DNA of 63,366 bases, the filler included, from Nemertoderma westbladi (lineage: Eukaryota > Animalia > Xenacoelomorpha): assembly GCA_032718475.1 (NCBI GenBank). It is 3 parts of 3 records of this genome, joined end to end, with 100 filler letters (N's around TTAATTAATTAA, not from the genome) between each part and the next. Parts side by side here need not be neighbours in the genome. Positions count along the whole stretch, not along the records: positions 1 to 27,591 come from JAUCBJ010005971.1; 2 more parts are not named here. One strand, 5' to 3'. A program made the position numbers and the translations under genes. The stretch's first letter is position 1. Each line of letters starts with the position of its first letter. The notes under the pieces were generated by a model. The model had not been told where the DNA came from. It saw nothing but the letters and a program-made list of their open reading frames with translations, and did not search any database. Positions 1-12,250 of this stretch are shown here, piece by piece.

Positions 1-39
1 CACAGCACCTTCATTTTATTACTAAATGAAAACACAATT

Positions 40-520
40 TTCGGGCCACTTACCAAAATGTATAAAATGGAATTAGGGCCAAAAAAGTCAAAAGGGCCAA
101 AATTTGCCAAAATTGGCCCTCTTCCTGTCTGGAATAATATATCATTGGCCCTAACTGAGCTTACTATATAGTGAAGAAAGAAAGGGCCATAACAGGCCCT
201 ATTTGATGTGACTTCATAACAAATTTATCAAATTAGTTGAGAAGGAAACGGGCCGAACTGAAAATGAGATAAATAACATTAGGGCCATTATACAGTGACC
301 CTTTTGAATCCAATTTGATCCTACAAATAAACTGAGCTGAGAATTTGAGTGGCCCACTTGTTTAAAAATTGATTTATTAAATAAAATGACCCGAAGAAAG
401 GGCCACTTTTACCATCATAAAGAATGAGATTAACAACATTAGGGCCATAAATATACATTGATTAAAATGGCCCGATTTCAATCCAAATTGATTAGTACCT
501 AATCAAATTAACTGAAAAAA
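40..520. repeat. Degenerate GGGCC/GGCCC-rich repeat array, probably subterminal repeats of a DNA transposon; related copies at ~1560-1630 and ~2080-2320
   Basis: Recurrent 'ttagggccat', 'aaactgagctga' and 'ccatcataaagaatgagat' blocks; ~370-470 closely matches ~2100-2200. Confidence 0.55.
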
Positions 521-1386
521 TTATTAATTAGCGGTATTAGTCGAAGTCTATATCAACCTTATCTTGCACATACGGGCTGGAGCATTCGCGCAGCACGAGA
601 CTTACCACTCCTACCAAATATCAGATGAATCTAATGGCTGGTTCTAATTATTACAACTGTCTGTGTGTGGGGTGGTGTTATGTGGACAATGCTATAGAAC
701 TAAATAGGCCACCAATTTACTATGGCAAGGTATTTATAAATATTTATAGATTTATAAATGTCATCACGGTTAATGATGAAGAGGGTCTACATACAAATTT
801 ATGACTTAATTTGTAACTTAAGCGAACTTAGATCCCACGTTGAAAGCAAAGCGTACTTAGATCTTAGGTAGACTTAGATTCCAATTTATAAAATTTCCTT
901 AGCACACCACTAGAGGAGAAGCGAACTTAGATCCCACGTGTACTGTGCGTTGGCCGCGTTCTATCGATATTATAGTGTATATTGTACTGTGTTTCATTAA
1001 GCATATAAAACTACTTATAATGATCTAATGCAATTAAGTCATACTGTCATACACTCAAAGTAGTTGCAATCAGTGACTCACCAACAAACTGTGAAAGCAA
1101 GGCAAAATACATCGTATTTTAAAAGTTTTTTACGTAGTACTAATATACAAATAGCTACCTAACAGTGAAATATTTCCACAAAATATTCGAGAACACAAAA
1201 TCATTTTAACATTGAATAAGGCAGCATCAGGAGTTGAAGAGTACAATAATTTGAATCGCAGTAAATATGGAAACAATATAGTAAAATACTACAGTTAATT
1301 TTATTTTGTAACACTATATCGCTCTATATTAATTTTATTAACGAATTAAGCAACAAAAAAGTACCAATTTAAGAATACAATTACGT

Positions 1387-1520
1387 ATTACATGGGGAAA
1401 AAGACGTAGAACATTTTTTTTTTCAATATTCTCTCGACCCTTTATTAACCTCGCTGGCGCTCGGTAAATAAAATGCCTTGAGAATAATGAAAAAAAGTTC
1501 TACTTTTTTTCCCATGTAAT
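1387..1520. mobile_element. Stand-alone palindromic element with CCTCGC-TGGC-GCTCGG core, resembling the hairpins at the Crypton ends
   Basis: Inverted arms attacatggg..gtagaac / gttctac..cccatgtaat; core architecture matches 36505-36517 and 39337-39355. Confidence 0.55.
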
Positions 1521-2589
1521 AAATAATTATTTCGTAGCACCAATTCACCAATTTACAAATAAACTGAGCTGAAAAAGGGCCAGAATGAAATACAATGAGC
1601 TTAACAGCATTAGGGCCATACTGTAGCGCCATGGAGATATTTATGGACAAGGCTCTTTAGAGCTAGAACTTAGTAACGAATAACGAACATAAGAACTATA
1701 AAAGTCCGTCTAGGCATAGCATTTATAATTATGCAATGCTCCTTGTTCACTCCTACCAAATGTCAGATGGAATCTGATGGTTGGTTCTATAATTACACAG
1801 CTACTTCTACGATTCTGTCAATTAGCCCCCCTAGCGGCAGACAGATAGGGGAACTTTAAAGTCTGTCTGAATTTAGAATTTCTAAATAAGCAATGCTTGT
1901 AGGTGTAGGTCACTCTCACCAAATTTCAAGAAGATATATCAACCATTCATAAAATATGTTCAAACAAAAATAATGCTTATTATAACTTTTATTATTTTAG
2001 TTTACTTAACTGTGGTAATTATATTGCAAGTCTTACAATTCATGTTAGTATTCATGTCATTTTTTGAAAAAAAGGTTGTCTGGCCCATTTGTTTCAAAAT
2101 TGATTTATTAAATTAAATGAACGGGAAAAGGGCCACCTTTACTATCATAAAGAATGAGATGATTTACATTAGGGCCACAAATATACATCTTTTACAGTGG
2201 CCCATTTGCATACAAATTGATCTTACAAATAAACTGAGCTGAAAAAGAGCCAAAATGAAATACAATGAATTTAATAATTATAAGAATGAAGAGAAATAAG
2301 ATAGGGCCATTGAGGTATATAGGTGCATTATACCTACATATCTCACTATATAGATATACAAGTTGGCCCTTTCGTTCGTTTTTTCATCTTTATGTATGTA
2401 TATTAAAATGGTATATGTAGGAACATATATACACAATATACGAAGATATACTAATGGCCCTTTTTACTTCCAATCTGTGTTGTATAGGTACATAATACCC
2501 TTCATTTCAAAGATACATATCTATGACCCTTTAGGCCGAACGTACATATATTATATATATGACATGCAATATAGGGTCTAGTTGGACAA

Positions 2590-2900
2590 TGAACCCAGAG
2601 TAGCAATCTTGTGTATGTACCATCCAAAGATTTGGTGTCTCAGCCAGAGCCCAGTATGAAATCCAAATTGCACTAAGTAGTCAAACCTTGAGATTCGATC
2701 TATTTTATGGAGCTAGCATAAAATCCAGGAGAGACTATTCAACGTTGTTCATGCATTTTACCTTATTTATGCTAACTTCTGACTCTTTGTCTGAACTTCT
2801 TCTAACTCTACTGACTTCTGGATCCATGATCCCAAGCAGCAGAAGTCACCTACATGAACTAACTGTCCAAATTTTGGTCTTCTTGGAGTTAGCAAAAGAC
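2590..2900 (-). mobile_element. Degenerate RTE-like LINE remnant
   Basis: Reverse complement contains 'gggatcatggatccagaagtcag', 'aagaccaaaatttt' and 'gacaccaaatctttggatgg', shared with the RTE copy at 58550-59370. Confidence 0.6.
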
Positions 2901-4183
2901 CATCACTAGAAACACCCTATTCCTACTGGAACTGGGCCCGATCCACATCCAATGAATTAGGACATGGAAAAAAAACGTAGATTTCATCCAGGAGTACATT
3001 TTCATGAGAAACGACAACAATTCAACCTGTATTCAACCTTGTGTAACAGCTATCGAGACATCATCATGCGATAACCATGATAATAATGCGAATAATCAAG
3101 ATATGTCATGGAAAGCGCAATAGTAAAACCTTTATCCAGGAAACAAATACTTTTCCATTCCCAAGGCCATTAAGGGTATCAATAATAACATCAATATAGA
3201 TCTATGAAAAGATATCAATAATAACAACAAATATAGATCTACGCATATGTCGAATTAAATGGTATATTAAATCTTTATCACTAATGCATTAGGTTATCAT
3301 CTGAGCCAGAGAATAGAGTAAATGATCTTTATTCTTTAATATATTACCAATTACATTACAATGCAACCACAAATGTGGTATTTCAGTTATGCGCTGTTAG
3401 CTACTTAACTTATTAACCACTCTGTAATATCCTCTGCAAATACTTTGTTCACCTAATCCCGATTTCAGACACATGTAATTCAAACCATGAAGCATCTCGC
3501 AACAGTTTCAGCAGTGTCTATTAACTATGTTGGTTCACAGTCCTATGGACATAAGTGACTATTATTACCGTACTGTGTATGTGTATCCAGAGCGATATCT
3601 CCGTTTTTAAAGAATCAATCGAAACGCAATTTGGACAAGCGTTAGATAAAGGCACGAGGACGGCTCATGCAGAAAATTAGGTTTTGAGATGATATTTGTG
3701 CAATGCGAGCGCTATTATTAGGGTAAAAAATTACTGCATTAGCATTAGACAGTGGGGAATTTTTTGTACAAGTAGTTGTTACCGGTCTACCCGTAGGCCA
3801 ATACTACTACTGTACTACAGGATTGCTGTACTGCAGTTCTGTTGTGTATTGTTCTGATATTAAGTAGGACCGTGAACCCGCCAGGCTTGCCAGATTGTTT
3901 GTATACCACTTAGCACTGTCATATGAGTAAGCAATAATTACTGGTTCCAGTTGCTGGGTATTAAATTTCCCTTTCTTACATTTTCCTTGACAAATTGCTC
4001 GTGAAAAATATGATTTTGATTGGTGCCATCGTATCTTCCTTGTTATCTACAACAATCAACAGTATACTTTACCATACAACAAGAGCATATGACCCATTAG
4101 ACATGAACCAACTGGTTTACCTATAAATCATTAATTCTTGAAGCATATAAAGCCACAACTTCTGCACCGCAGTGATACACTAA

Positions 4184-4300
4184 TTATACCCAGCGCAGCG
4201 CAGGATGTGTTTCGGGCAATAACTGGCAAGGTAAGGGAAATGTTAGGTAAGCTGGGCAACTCCCTCGGCTGAGGCGTTCCTTTGAGGCCAGTTTATAAAG
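4184..4300 (-). CDS. C2CD4-like gene, putative terminal coding exon 4 (LYKLASKERLSRGSCPAYLTFPLPCQLLPETHPALRWV*)
   Basis: Acceptor gttttacag| at 4301; phase 0 fits the exon 3 donor at 6037; open for 38 codons to TAA. No homology support for this exon. Confidence 0.45.
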   Translation of the reverse strand, partial: LYKLASKERLSRGSCPAYLTFPLPCQLLPETHPALRWV

Positions 4301-6037
4301 CTGTAAAACAAACTCAGTTAATTACCTTCTGTGAATACTAAATGTATATGCACGAACATACAGTATCATTGATATGTTGTCATATATGGGTTACACATGG
4401 GACTTACTAATATTTATATGGTTCATGAAGATTAAAGCGGTTTAATGCAGCGCTGTCATTCAATTGAATATAGATCGAGACAATATCCCTGAAATATATT
4501 ATAATGTTATTAATTGATTGTTCAGGATATGTTTGTAATTTTGTGAATAACACTTTCCCACGAAAACCCTGCACTGAAAATATAAGGAAAATGTAGTTCA
4601 TTAGCAATGTTGTTTAAGTTTACATTTTTTACAAACAATGACTTGGGAATGTTTAATTAAGTTATATACCACCAATGTGCCGCAATTTTCTCAGAAATTG
4701 GCTCAGAAACTGTCAAGTGTAATTTTCCATAAGGGGAGTTATAATTTATATTTGAAACCTTAACTTTTTCTACAAACTTTCCACCAATCCCATTTAACAA
4801 CATCTTCATCCATTTCGTTAATTATCATACCAGTGTAAAGGTGTAATGCAAGAATTCTAAGAAATCTGAATTTCCATTCATATTTATTGCTGAGTTACAG
4901 TCATTCGAGAGTTTCACGATACTGAATTAAGATACTATATTCCAGATCTATATTCTATATTTAAGATACTATATTCCATTCAATTTTTAGTAGAGATAAA
5001 TAATTAATGATATCAGAGAATTACACCTTGAGGAAAAGTGCCCATATTTAGGGAACGGCTTTGTAATTATAAACATAGGGTATAAATAATATCCTTATTT
5101 TTGCCCGTCCCTGCCTCTGCCTGCTTCTTGTTGGTGAGTTTGTAGGAATCTCACATCGATGCAATGAGTGATCCATTCTCATAATAAAATATTATACAAT
5201 TTTATCAAAAACCTACCCAGCTATGTATGTAAAAGAAACCTGACAAAATTTCTTGACTTATGGCTAATTTACAAAAGGCATGGATTTAAGATAGTGATAT
5301 ATCTTAACCAATGCCAGGATTTGGTGAGATAAGGAATGCCATATGACAAATAATACTGAAATTTTTTTTAATCATCCCTGATTTATCAGAAATTTTAGGC
5401 GATAGCACAAATCATTGTCAAATGTGACAAATAATTGTCTACCATTTGATAAAGGACAATGCTGCAAAGCTGCGTGCGAGCACAGACATCAATAAAGATG
5501 TGTTGTAGATGACATTAACTCATCATAAGGGGGGGGGGGGGGGGGGGGGGGGGGTAAGGGGTTAGCCAATCATCCTCATAATAAGGCATAATGAATGGCA
5601 TTAATGATGCATAATGAGATTCTAGTGCGATGGTTGTCAAATAATTTTCTGAAACTTAATTAATTAATTCGAACTTCTCTCTAAAGCTGTACTATTATGT
5701 GTTATTATGATAAATTCACTAACGAATGAAAGAAAAACGTTTCGCAGTTATTGGTGGCCGCAATAAATCATTCTCATTATACAAATTCGCAATTTGCACT
5801 ATGGAAAATATAATTGCAGAGCAACAATTCATATTCAATGACGTGGTGCTCAAAGTCAGCTCAAAATACAGAATTATATAAATCTTTATGATAAGACTAA
5901 TACAATGGGCAAGCATTTCCCATTTCATTTTCTTTGTGTTTTTACTAAACTACAGTAACTATTTGCACGATACTGTGATTATTTATATTCATTAGAAAAA
6001 TTATTTTCAATAGATATTATTGCTTACTTTCACAAAC

Positions 6038-6229
6038 CTGAAATATATGTCTGGCACCAGTGCTCAATGATCGGGGTTTATTGGATGTAGATTTTTCTTT
6101 TTTTGATTGAAATTTGATCATATCTTGGAACTGCATTTGATCATCATGATAAAGTGACTCCCTCCGCCTCGTGTTTGGTGCCTCATAAAGAGTGGAGAAG
6201 CCATAACTGGTTTGCATTCGGGCTATATG
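6038..6229 (-). CDS. C2CD4-like gene, exon 3 (HIARMQTSYGFSTLYEAPNTRRRESLYH...)
   Basis: Acceptor tttatttgcag|, donor CAG|gtttgt (alternative AAA|gtaagc at 6027); motif resembles C2CD4 'QTSYGFxxLxESPHTRRKESLFH'. Confidence 0.8.
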
Positions 6230-6409
6230 CTGCAAATAAAAAGTTATCATATTAAGTAAATCAGTTCGGATTCAAGAGTGTTCATTAGTGTCACTGTACT
6301 TGTCAGTACTATATATTTGCCCGATGTACAGCTTTCAACAATCAACTTTTGATTTAAAAATCATAACATTAAATACATATACACAGTGGAAGAGAGTAAA
6401 ACAACTCAG

Positions 6410-6990
6410 AAATTGACCTCGTTTTTACTTCCCCAGCAAAGCCCACTTATTCGTAAACTGCGTTCACATAGATTGGTTGATACAGGTGCTAAGGATACAG
6501 GATAAGGGGCCATAAAAACTCGACGTTTGCAATGTATCCAGCAATGCATCCAGCTGATGTTTAGTGCTGCCACCCTTAGTAGTCCTGCAACCAACAATTC
6601 GTTGTTTAAGTGATTTCGTCAGTGTCCAGGTGTCACTCACGTATAAAAGTATATTTTACACTGTGGCTCGAAAGAACTTAGTCTTCAGGTGCAGACAGAG
6701 GTCTACTTTCCAGATGGTATACATATTTGATAGAACTACCAATGGCTTTTTGCTTTCATAACTTTTAGGCTTTGATAGGCATAAACATAGGCTTTGCTTT
6801 CAGCTGTCTCTATACATACATGGCAAAAAGTTACAGGAAGTCCTTAAAGTTCGTAATTTGATTATAATCGATTTTTGTCAAGCTTCCATTTTATTAAAGT
6901 GATGTATTCTGTCTGTCTTTGTAGTATTTAAGTGCGATAGTTGATAACGATTGTCTCAAATTCAGTCTGGCAATTCCAGATATGAATGAA
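6410..6990 (-). mobile_element. Old RTE-like LINE 3' remnant (intronic)
   Basis: Frameshifted IWKVDL..LKTKFFRATV..LLYVSDTWTLTKSL..LNISW motif typical of the RTE ORF C-terminus. Confidence 0.6.
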
Positions 6991-9029
6991 TACATGTAAC
7001 CAACCATGAGTCATTAGTAAATGTAGTTTGATTATTCGTAAAACAAATCTTTAATTTTGTGATTCTTGTTTTCTTATTACTTATTATTCGAATTTTTGAG
7101 AGAACTCCCATACAATAAAACCTGTGTAAATAAGTTAAGGAATTATAGAATGTTTCTCAACGCTTGGTGAGAGCATTGCTACACATGCAGTATTCCATTA
7201 CCTTTGTGGTAACGGTGCAGTACCATAATTACTACCCATTTGCTGGTTACTTACTTCAACATGAAATGATTAATTTTATTATTATTGTTTCAATGGCCAG
7301 TGGTAATCCTCAGTGTGGGGTACTGCCAATGAGATGTTAGCAGCCCTTTAAAAAAGCAATGAATTCCTATTTACTGAACTTCTGAATCTACTGTTGGCAT
7401 TGGGGTCAACAAAGTTCAAACCCAGTGAATTTTGACATTGGCACATTTACTAATCTCTAAGAGATAGGAAGTATCAACGTTGATAGATTACAAGGATCTT
7501 GTTTCCGGTATAGTAATTGAGTTTCAGTTAAGACAGTAATGATTATTTATAATGCCTAAAATTATTATATATATAGGCTTTTAGGGGTCATAGGTGTAAG
7601 CGGATTCAATTCCGTGCATTACCCACCGAAAATGGGATTAGTGGCATTTTACCAATATAGTTGGCGATGTGAGATTACCAATAATAATCTCACCTCATAA
7701 CCAACTGGGGCAACACACGCCGTAAGCCACAGAGAGAGGTGAGAGGTCAAACCACCTCAGAGGGACAAACAAGCTAGTAAGGGCCAATGCCAGCAGGGAG
7801 TGGCGAGGTGAGAATTAATCAGGTTAAGCCAATAGTGGGCGGGAAACTATATTGGGGAGGACAAGAGCGTATCTATTGGATATTAAGGCCGCCCTGTAGT
7901 GTAGGGCTAATTATGTGTCAATGATATAACCGTTGTGATTACTGATTATTAGTTTAGTTGATTTCCTTACAGTTGTGAGACTGGAATAGTTTTGACCGTC
8001 GTTGTTACTGACTGTTGTATTGCATATTATTAATTCAGACTGTGCTATTATCAATTACTGTGATTATTAATACTGACAATTTAACCCTGTCATTTTCAAC
8101 GGCCTTCGGCCTAATATTTAGCCCAGCAGCCCACGGACGCGACGACGAAAAAGCTATTTAACTCTAATGTAATACGCAATTTTATTCCACAAAATTGCCC
8201 TTTCACCACACCTTATTGCTTTTTCAATTCCCCTTGCTCTTAGTATTCCACATCAACAATAAATGATCCTGGCTTCACTATGGATTTATGCCACTTTGGT
8301 TCTGGGTAGTACTGTTAGACGTATATGTGGATGTCAGTATACATGAATTGCAGTTACTGACTGGTGGTGGTAATACAGAAGCAGTTAAACATCAGTATTA
8401 GAATATGGTACAGGAACGTCCGCCACTGATAATTGGCAACGGTACACCTGTCAAAACCATAGCCATATGGTATGGTTGAAAAAAAGATTGTTTAAATAAA
8501 ATGATTTAGATATAGAAAATCTCAACATTGTTTAAAAAATTGCCTTCCTTGTAATGTATATTTACATATAATCAAGAACTATATTAACATCCACAATTTC
8601 CTCTCAAATTAAAATGCCATCCTATACCCCCCCCCCCCCCCCTTTCACCCTCATGGTTTATCCTACTCCTTTTGTCCTTGACCGAAACTTAAATACACCA
8701 CGGTTCAAATACCGGTATCACAAGTAACAGTAACTGAGAAATATAGTCATAGAAATTGCACATAAATGTTTTAAGTAAGTGAATATTCTTGGCGGACCCC
8801 ACACCCAGAGTGGGGGAAAACTGGACTCAATATAAATTCATCCCTCTCGAGGGGAAATTGGACGCAAATAATAGCTGATTACTCTCAAAAATAAAACTGT
8901 AACCTGTTATATTGTGTTTAGTTTATTGTTTTGGTTAAAATAACGTGCCAGTGTAACCTGCTCCTTTCCCTAAATTAAGAATTTAACATTCAGTCGGGTT
9001 TTGGGTCCAGTTCCCCCCCCCCCCCCCCC

Positions 9030-9600
9030 CTGTCTAATTATAAAGCAGCATAACGAGGTGCGGGATGTCTTTGGAGACCTCACTGCTTCTGCATTCAGAG
9101 GGTCATGCGTACATCGTGATGTTACGCTGTGCACTGGCTACCTGGACAGAAGTGGTCATAAGGTAGGAGGGGTGAGGGCAGACCTGCTTGTGAGGGGAGT
9201 ATAGACCAGACAGAGGGTGGCGTCATTTGACATTGCGGTTGTAAACGCTGACACCCCCCCCCCCCCCCCATATGTTTCCCGGTCCTTGGACTCTGTCCTT
9301 GATCAGAGAGTTCGTGCAAAGAAGGCACACTGCAGCGGGGTGTGCAAGGATAGAAGGATCTCCTTCACACCCCTCGTCAGAACCACCGATGGGGTGTGGT
9401 GCAAGGAGGCAGGATCCTAATCCGTCACCTCGCCAAGACCCTTGTGGCTCGGTGGCAGGGGGATGTGCGAATGCGGCCTTGCCTGCATTCTCGACGGGGT
9501 CCAGAGGCGCCTAAAGTTCGCGCTACTTCGCTCAAACTGGCTGTGCCTTCATGGGGGCTGTCGGCCATGACAGGCTCTTGGGTTTTTAGATGGGTGCGGT
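9030..9600 (+). mobile_element. 3' fragment of a non-LTR retrotransposon with restriction-like endonuclease (CRE-like)
   Basis: HNEVRD..RADLLVRG..FDIAVVNAD..KK..FTPLV.TTDG..EA..LA..LVARW across frameshifts; locally GC-rich. Confidence 0.75.
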
Positions 9601-9848
9601 CTGCGGGGTTTCAACCTCGCAGATCAGTCAGTACTGAGCATGTTCACTGGGGATGGGTTTTGTTGTTAACTTCTGTGCTATTTACGTTGTTGCTGTACTT
9701 ATTTTCCTTTTATATCTATCTTTTCTAAATCAGTTAGAGGCAATTTTGTGGAAAAGTTTATTGTTTTCCAGAGTGTTTCACAGATTCATGTTGAAATACC
9801 CCAATTCAGATGACTATGCAATAAATAATAATTATTAGTGAAACTCAC

Positions 9849-9975
9849 ATTTAATGACATTGCCTCCTGACTTTGAGGGTCTGAATTTGTCATATCTAGT
9901 AGATTGTTATTAACGTAGAATAGGGCTTCTCCAAGATTGCTGGTATCAACATTTGATTGTCTTGTAATTAAACTC
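9849..9975 (-). CDS. C2CD4-like gene, exon 2 (…NLLDMTNSDPQSQEAMSLN)
   Basis: Acceptor ttttttaacag|, donor AAT|gtgagt; phases fit exon 1 (phase 2) and exon 3 (phase 0); 'DPQSQxAMSL' is a C2CD4 motif. Confidence 0.8.
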
Positions 9976-10429
9976 CTGTTAAAAAATGAATGTGTGGAGG
10001 CTGAATATGTATGAATGTGTGAAAATATAAAATATAGATTACAATTTAAGTTCAATAATGATAGTACTATTTAGAGCAATACATAAGAGATAAACCCCTA
10101 AAATAATCATTGATTACTTAATCATTGATTTATAAAAAATGATTACTCATATTCATATGAGATATTATATATTTATATTTGAACAATATAAATTGAAATT
10201 TCAACTAAAATAAATATATATAAATATTATATATATAAACAATATAATAAGGATTCTATTATACACTAATTTGTAGAAAATACAATAAAATAAGTTTTTA
10301 ATGATACTGAGTATATAATTTCAACATGGCATCTCGGGAGATTTTTTAATTCTTTATTTGTATTCCTTGTATTATAAGTAAATTTGATATGTTCGTTCTG
10401 CAGCATGATGCTTGGTATTACCAGTAACC

Positions 10430-10680
10430 TATACAGTGAGTGCCTAATTGGAAATATTTGCATCACAGTGTGTGTTTTTGACCCATCCTTTTTGATGTGT
10501 CATCCACGGATGACATGTCCTGGTAAATTGGCTCTACCATAGCACGGAAAAAATATTCCTTTAAGTGATATACTGGCAGCTGAAGATTACGGGATCTTAG
10601 TCAGCTTGTTTGGGCCACCCAGACTTCCCTCTTTATCATTTATGGATCGTTAAATAAATTGGGTAGTACTGTAAAGAAGA
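10430..10680 (-). mobile_element. Highly degenerate RTE-like remnant
   Basis: Traces of FFRAMVEP and ANISN.ALY, similar to the C-terminus of the other RTE copies. Confidence 0.4.
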
Positions 10681-11734
10681 AGTAACTCTAAGTGATCAGT
10701 CTATTAATTCGAATAACAATAATGACAAGGTACCGGTAATGGGTTTCATGTACCATCACTGTACCCTCCAAAATATCTTAGTCCGTTCTATTGGCATCAT
10801 TTTGGATTGCTCTGCTTACTTATTTATACTTTCCTAACATTATGAGTTATGTGTATCCATTCTGTTTTCGTTCAACTTCACATTAACTACCATGTGAAGA
10901 TGTACTGAAACCAGATGTGTGTTTTTATAATGTATTTTAATTGGAAGAAAACCCAATTGCAACCAACTCAATTATATGTTGTAATGGAATGTATGTATAG
11001 CTTTGGGCATCCTGGGATCTTGAACTCCTAATTAGTTTTCGCTCCAATCAGTCTTCACTTCGCATGACCACGATGCCACTTGAATTTTAATAAAGTGACA
11101 TAGGATAATATAGAAGGTAATTACTGAGCGAACTGGGTTGACGTAGGTGACATAATCGCATGAATTCTTCTCATCCAACATGAGGAAAATCTGGCAGACT
11201 ATAAAAGGTGCGATGAGGACTAATAGGAAAACCAAATTAGACCAAATTGTAATACAATGAGTGCCACTTCTTTATAATTTGTTAGACCCACTCTTTAACA
11301 CCATTGGCCAGGGCATACCATCGCCCAAGCAGTGTCAGTAAAATACTAGAGAAATTTGTACACTCCCTAACTCACTGCTGCAGTTTTACATAGATACATT
11401 TTTACTTTTTAGCAAAAATAAAATTTGTTTTTGTAAAAAAATTACAATCAGTAACGCGATATTAAATATTGTTGAAAGGATATGCGAAGCCACTGAAGCC
11501 TGTCACCAACACTTCACTCATGAAAATCCCCATCTCTGTAACTTTGCATATAGGTTTTTATGTATGAAATGATTCGAAAATAAAAAAAAAATTCAAATAT
11601 TTCATTAATATAATTTTTTCAGGTATTTTTAGGTGTTTTTATTATGGTATTATGTACATGTGGTCCCCTAGAAAATTCTAAAAAATTTGTAAAAACATAA
11701 AGGATGGATAAATGCAGTTGATATTGGCTTTCTT

Positions 11735-11852
11735 GGGGGATATTGTCTGGGGGGAGCTAGTGTCTGCAAGCCTATTGTCCGGGGGGCTACTGTCTGGGGG
11801 TGGGGGGCTTGTGTGTGGGGGCAACTGTCCGGCCTGGATTACTGTCCTAACA
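11735..11852. repeat. G-rich minisatellite (gggg..tgtc[c/t]gggg units), probably a transposon terminal array
   Basis: Six or more 'tgtc[ct]g' units separated by G runs. Confidence 0.5.
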
Positions 11853-11949
11853 CTATATATATAATGCCGCTACAATGAAGAATAATAAGATGTCAGCAAT
11901 AAAATTCATTTATAAAATTTAATGTAAACAATAACAATTTGTTCACAAC

Positions 11950-12250
11950 ATTAGATCAATACTTAAAATAAGTGATGCTCGAATAAGTTGTTTGCCATAA
12001 TCAGGATGGCCTAATGATTTAATTTTATAATTATCCTGAATACTCTACTAAATATCTGTGAACAGCTTCTGATGCAGGCTCACTCCATGGTCCAAGTCCT
12101 TCTCCAACACATTCACAAAACTGCACATGATAAAATACATACAGCATGTACTTTATAAGTCATATTTATACCCAATTGGAAGTATTTCTGTTTAAAAGTC
12201 CACAATAATGTGAGTAAATTGTCAGTCAATGATGAACCATCACAAGCACT
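11950..12250 (-). pseudogene. C-terminal remnant of a DDE transposase of the Transib/Chapaev/RAG1-related type
   Basis: LGINMTYKVHAV/FYHVQFCECVGEGLGPWSEPASEAVH..YKIK..HPDYGKQL fits the KxHxxxxH...G..SE..E..H motif; frameshifted. Confidence 0.55.

Noticed and set aside
5529-5554. Long poly(G)/poly(C) tracts as G-quadruplex regulators
   Set aside because: Frequent across the window, often inside TE termini, and lengths are unreliable.
10890-10912. tgaaga...gaaac as a second hammerhead
   Set aside because: Lacks the leading C of CUGANGA and convincing stems.
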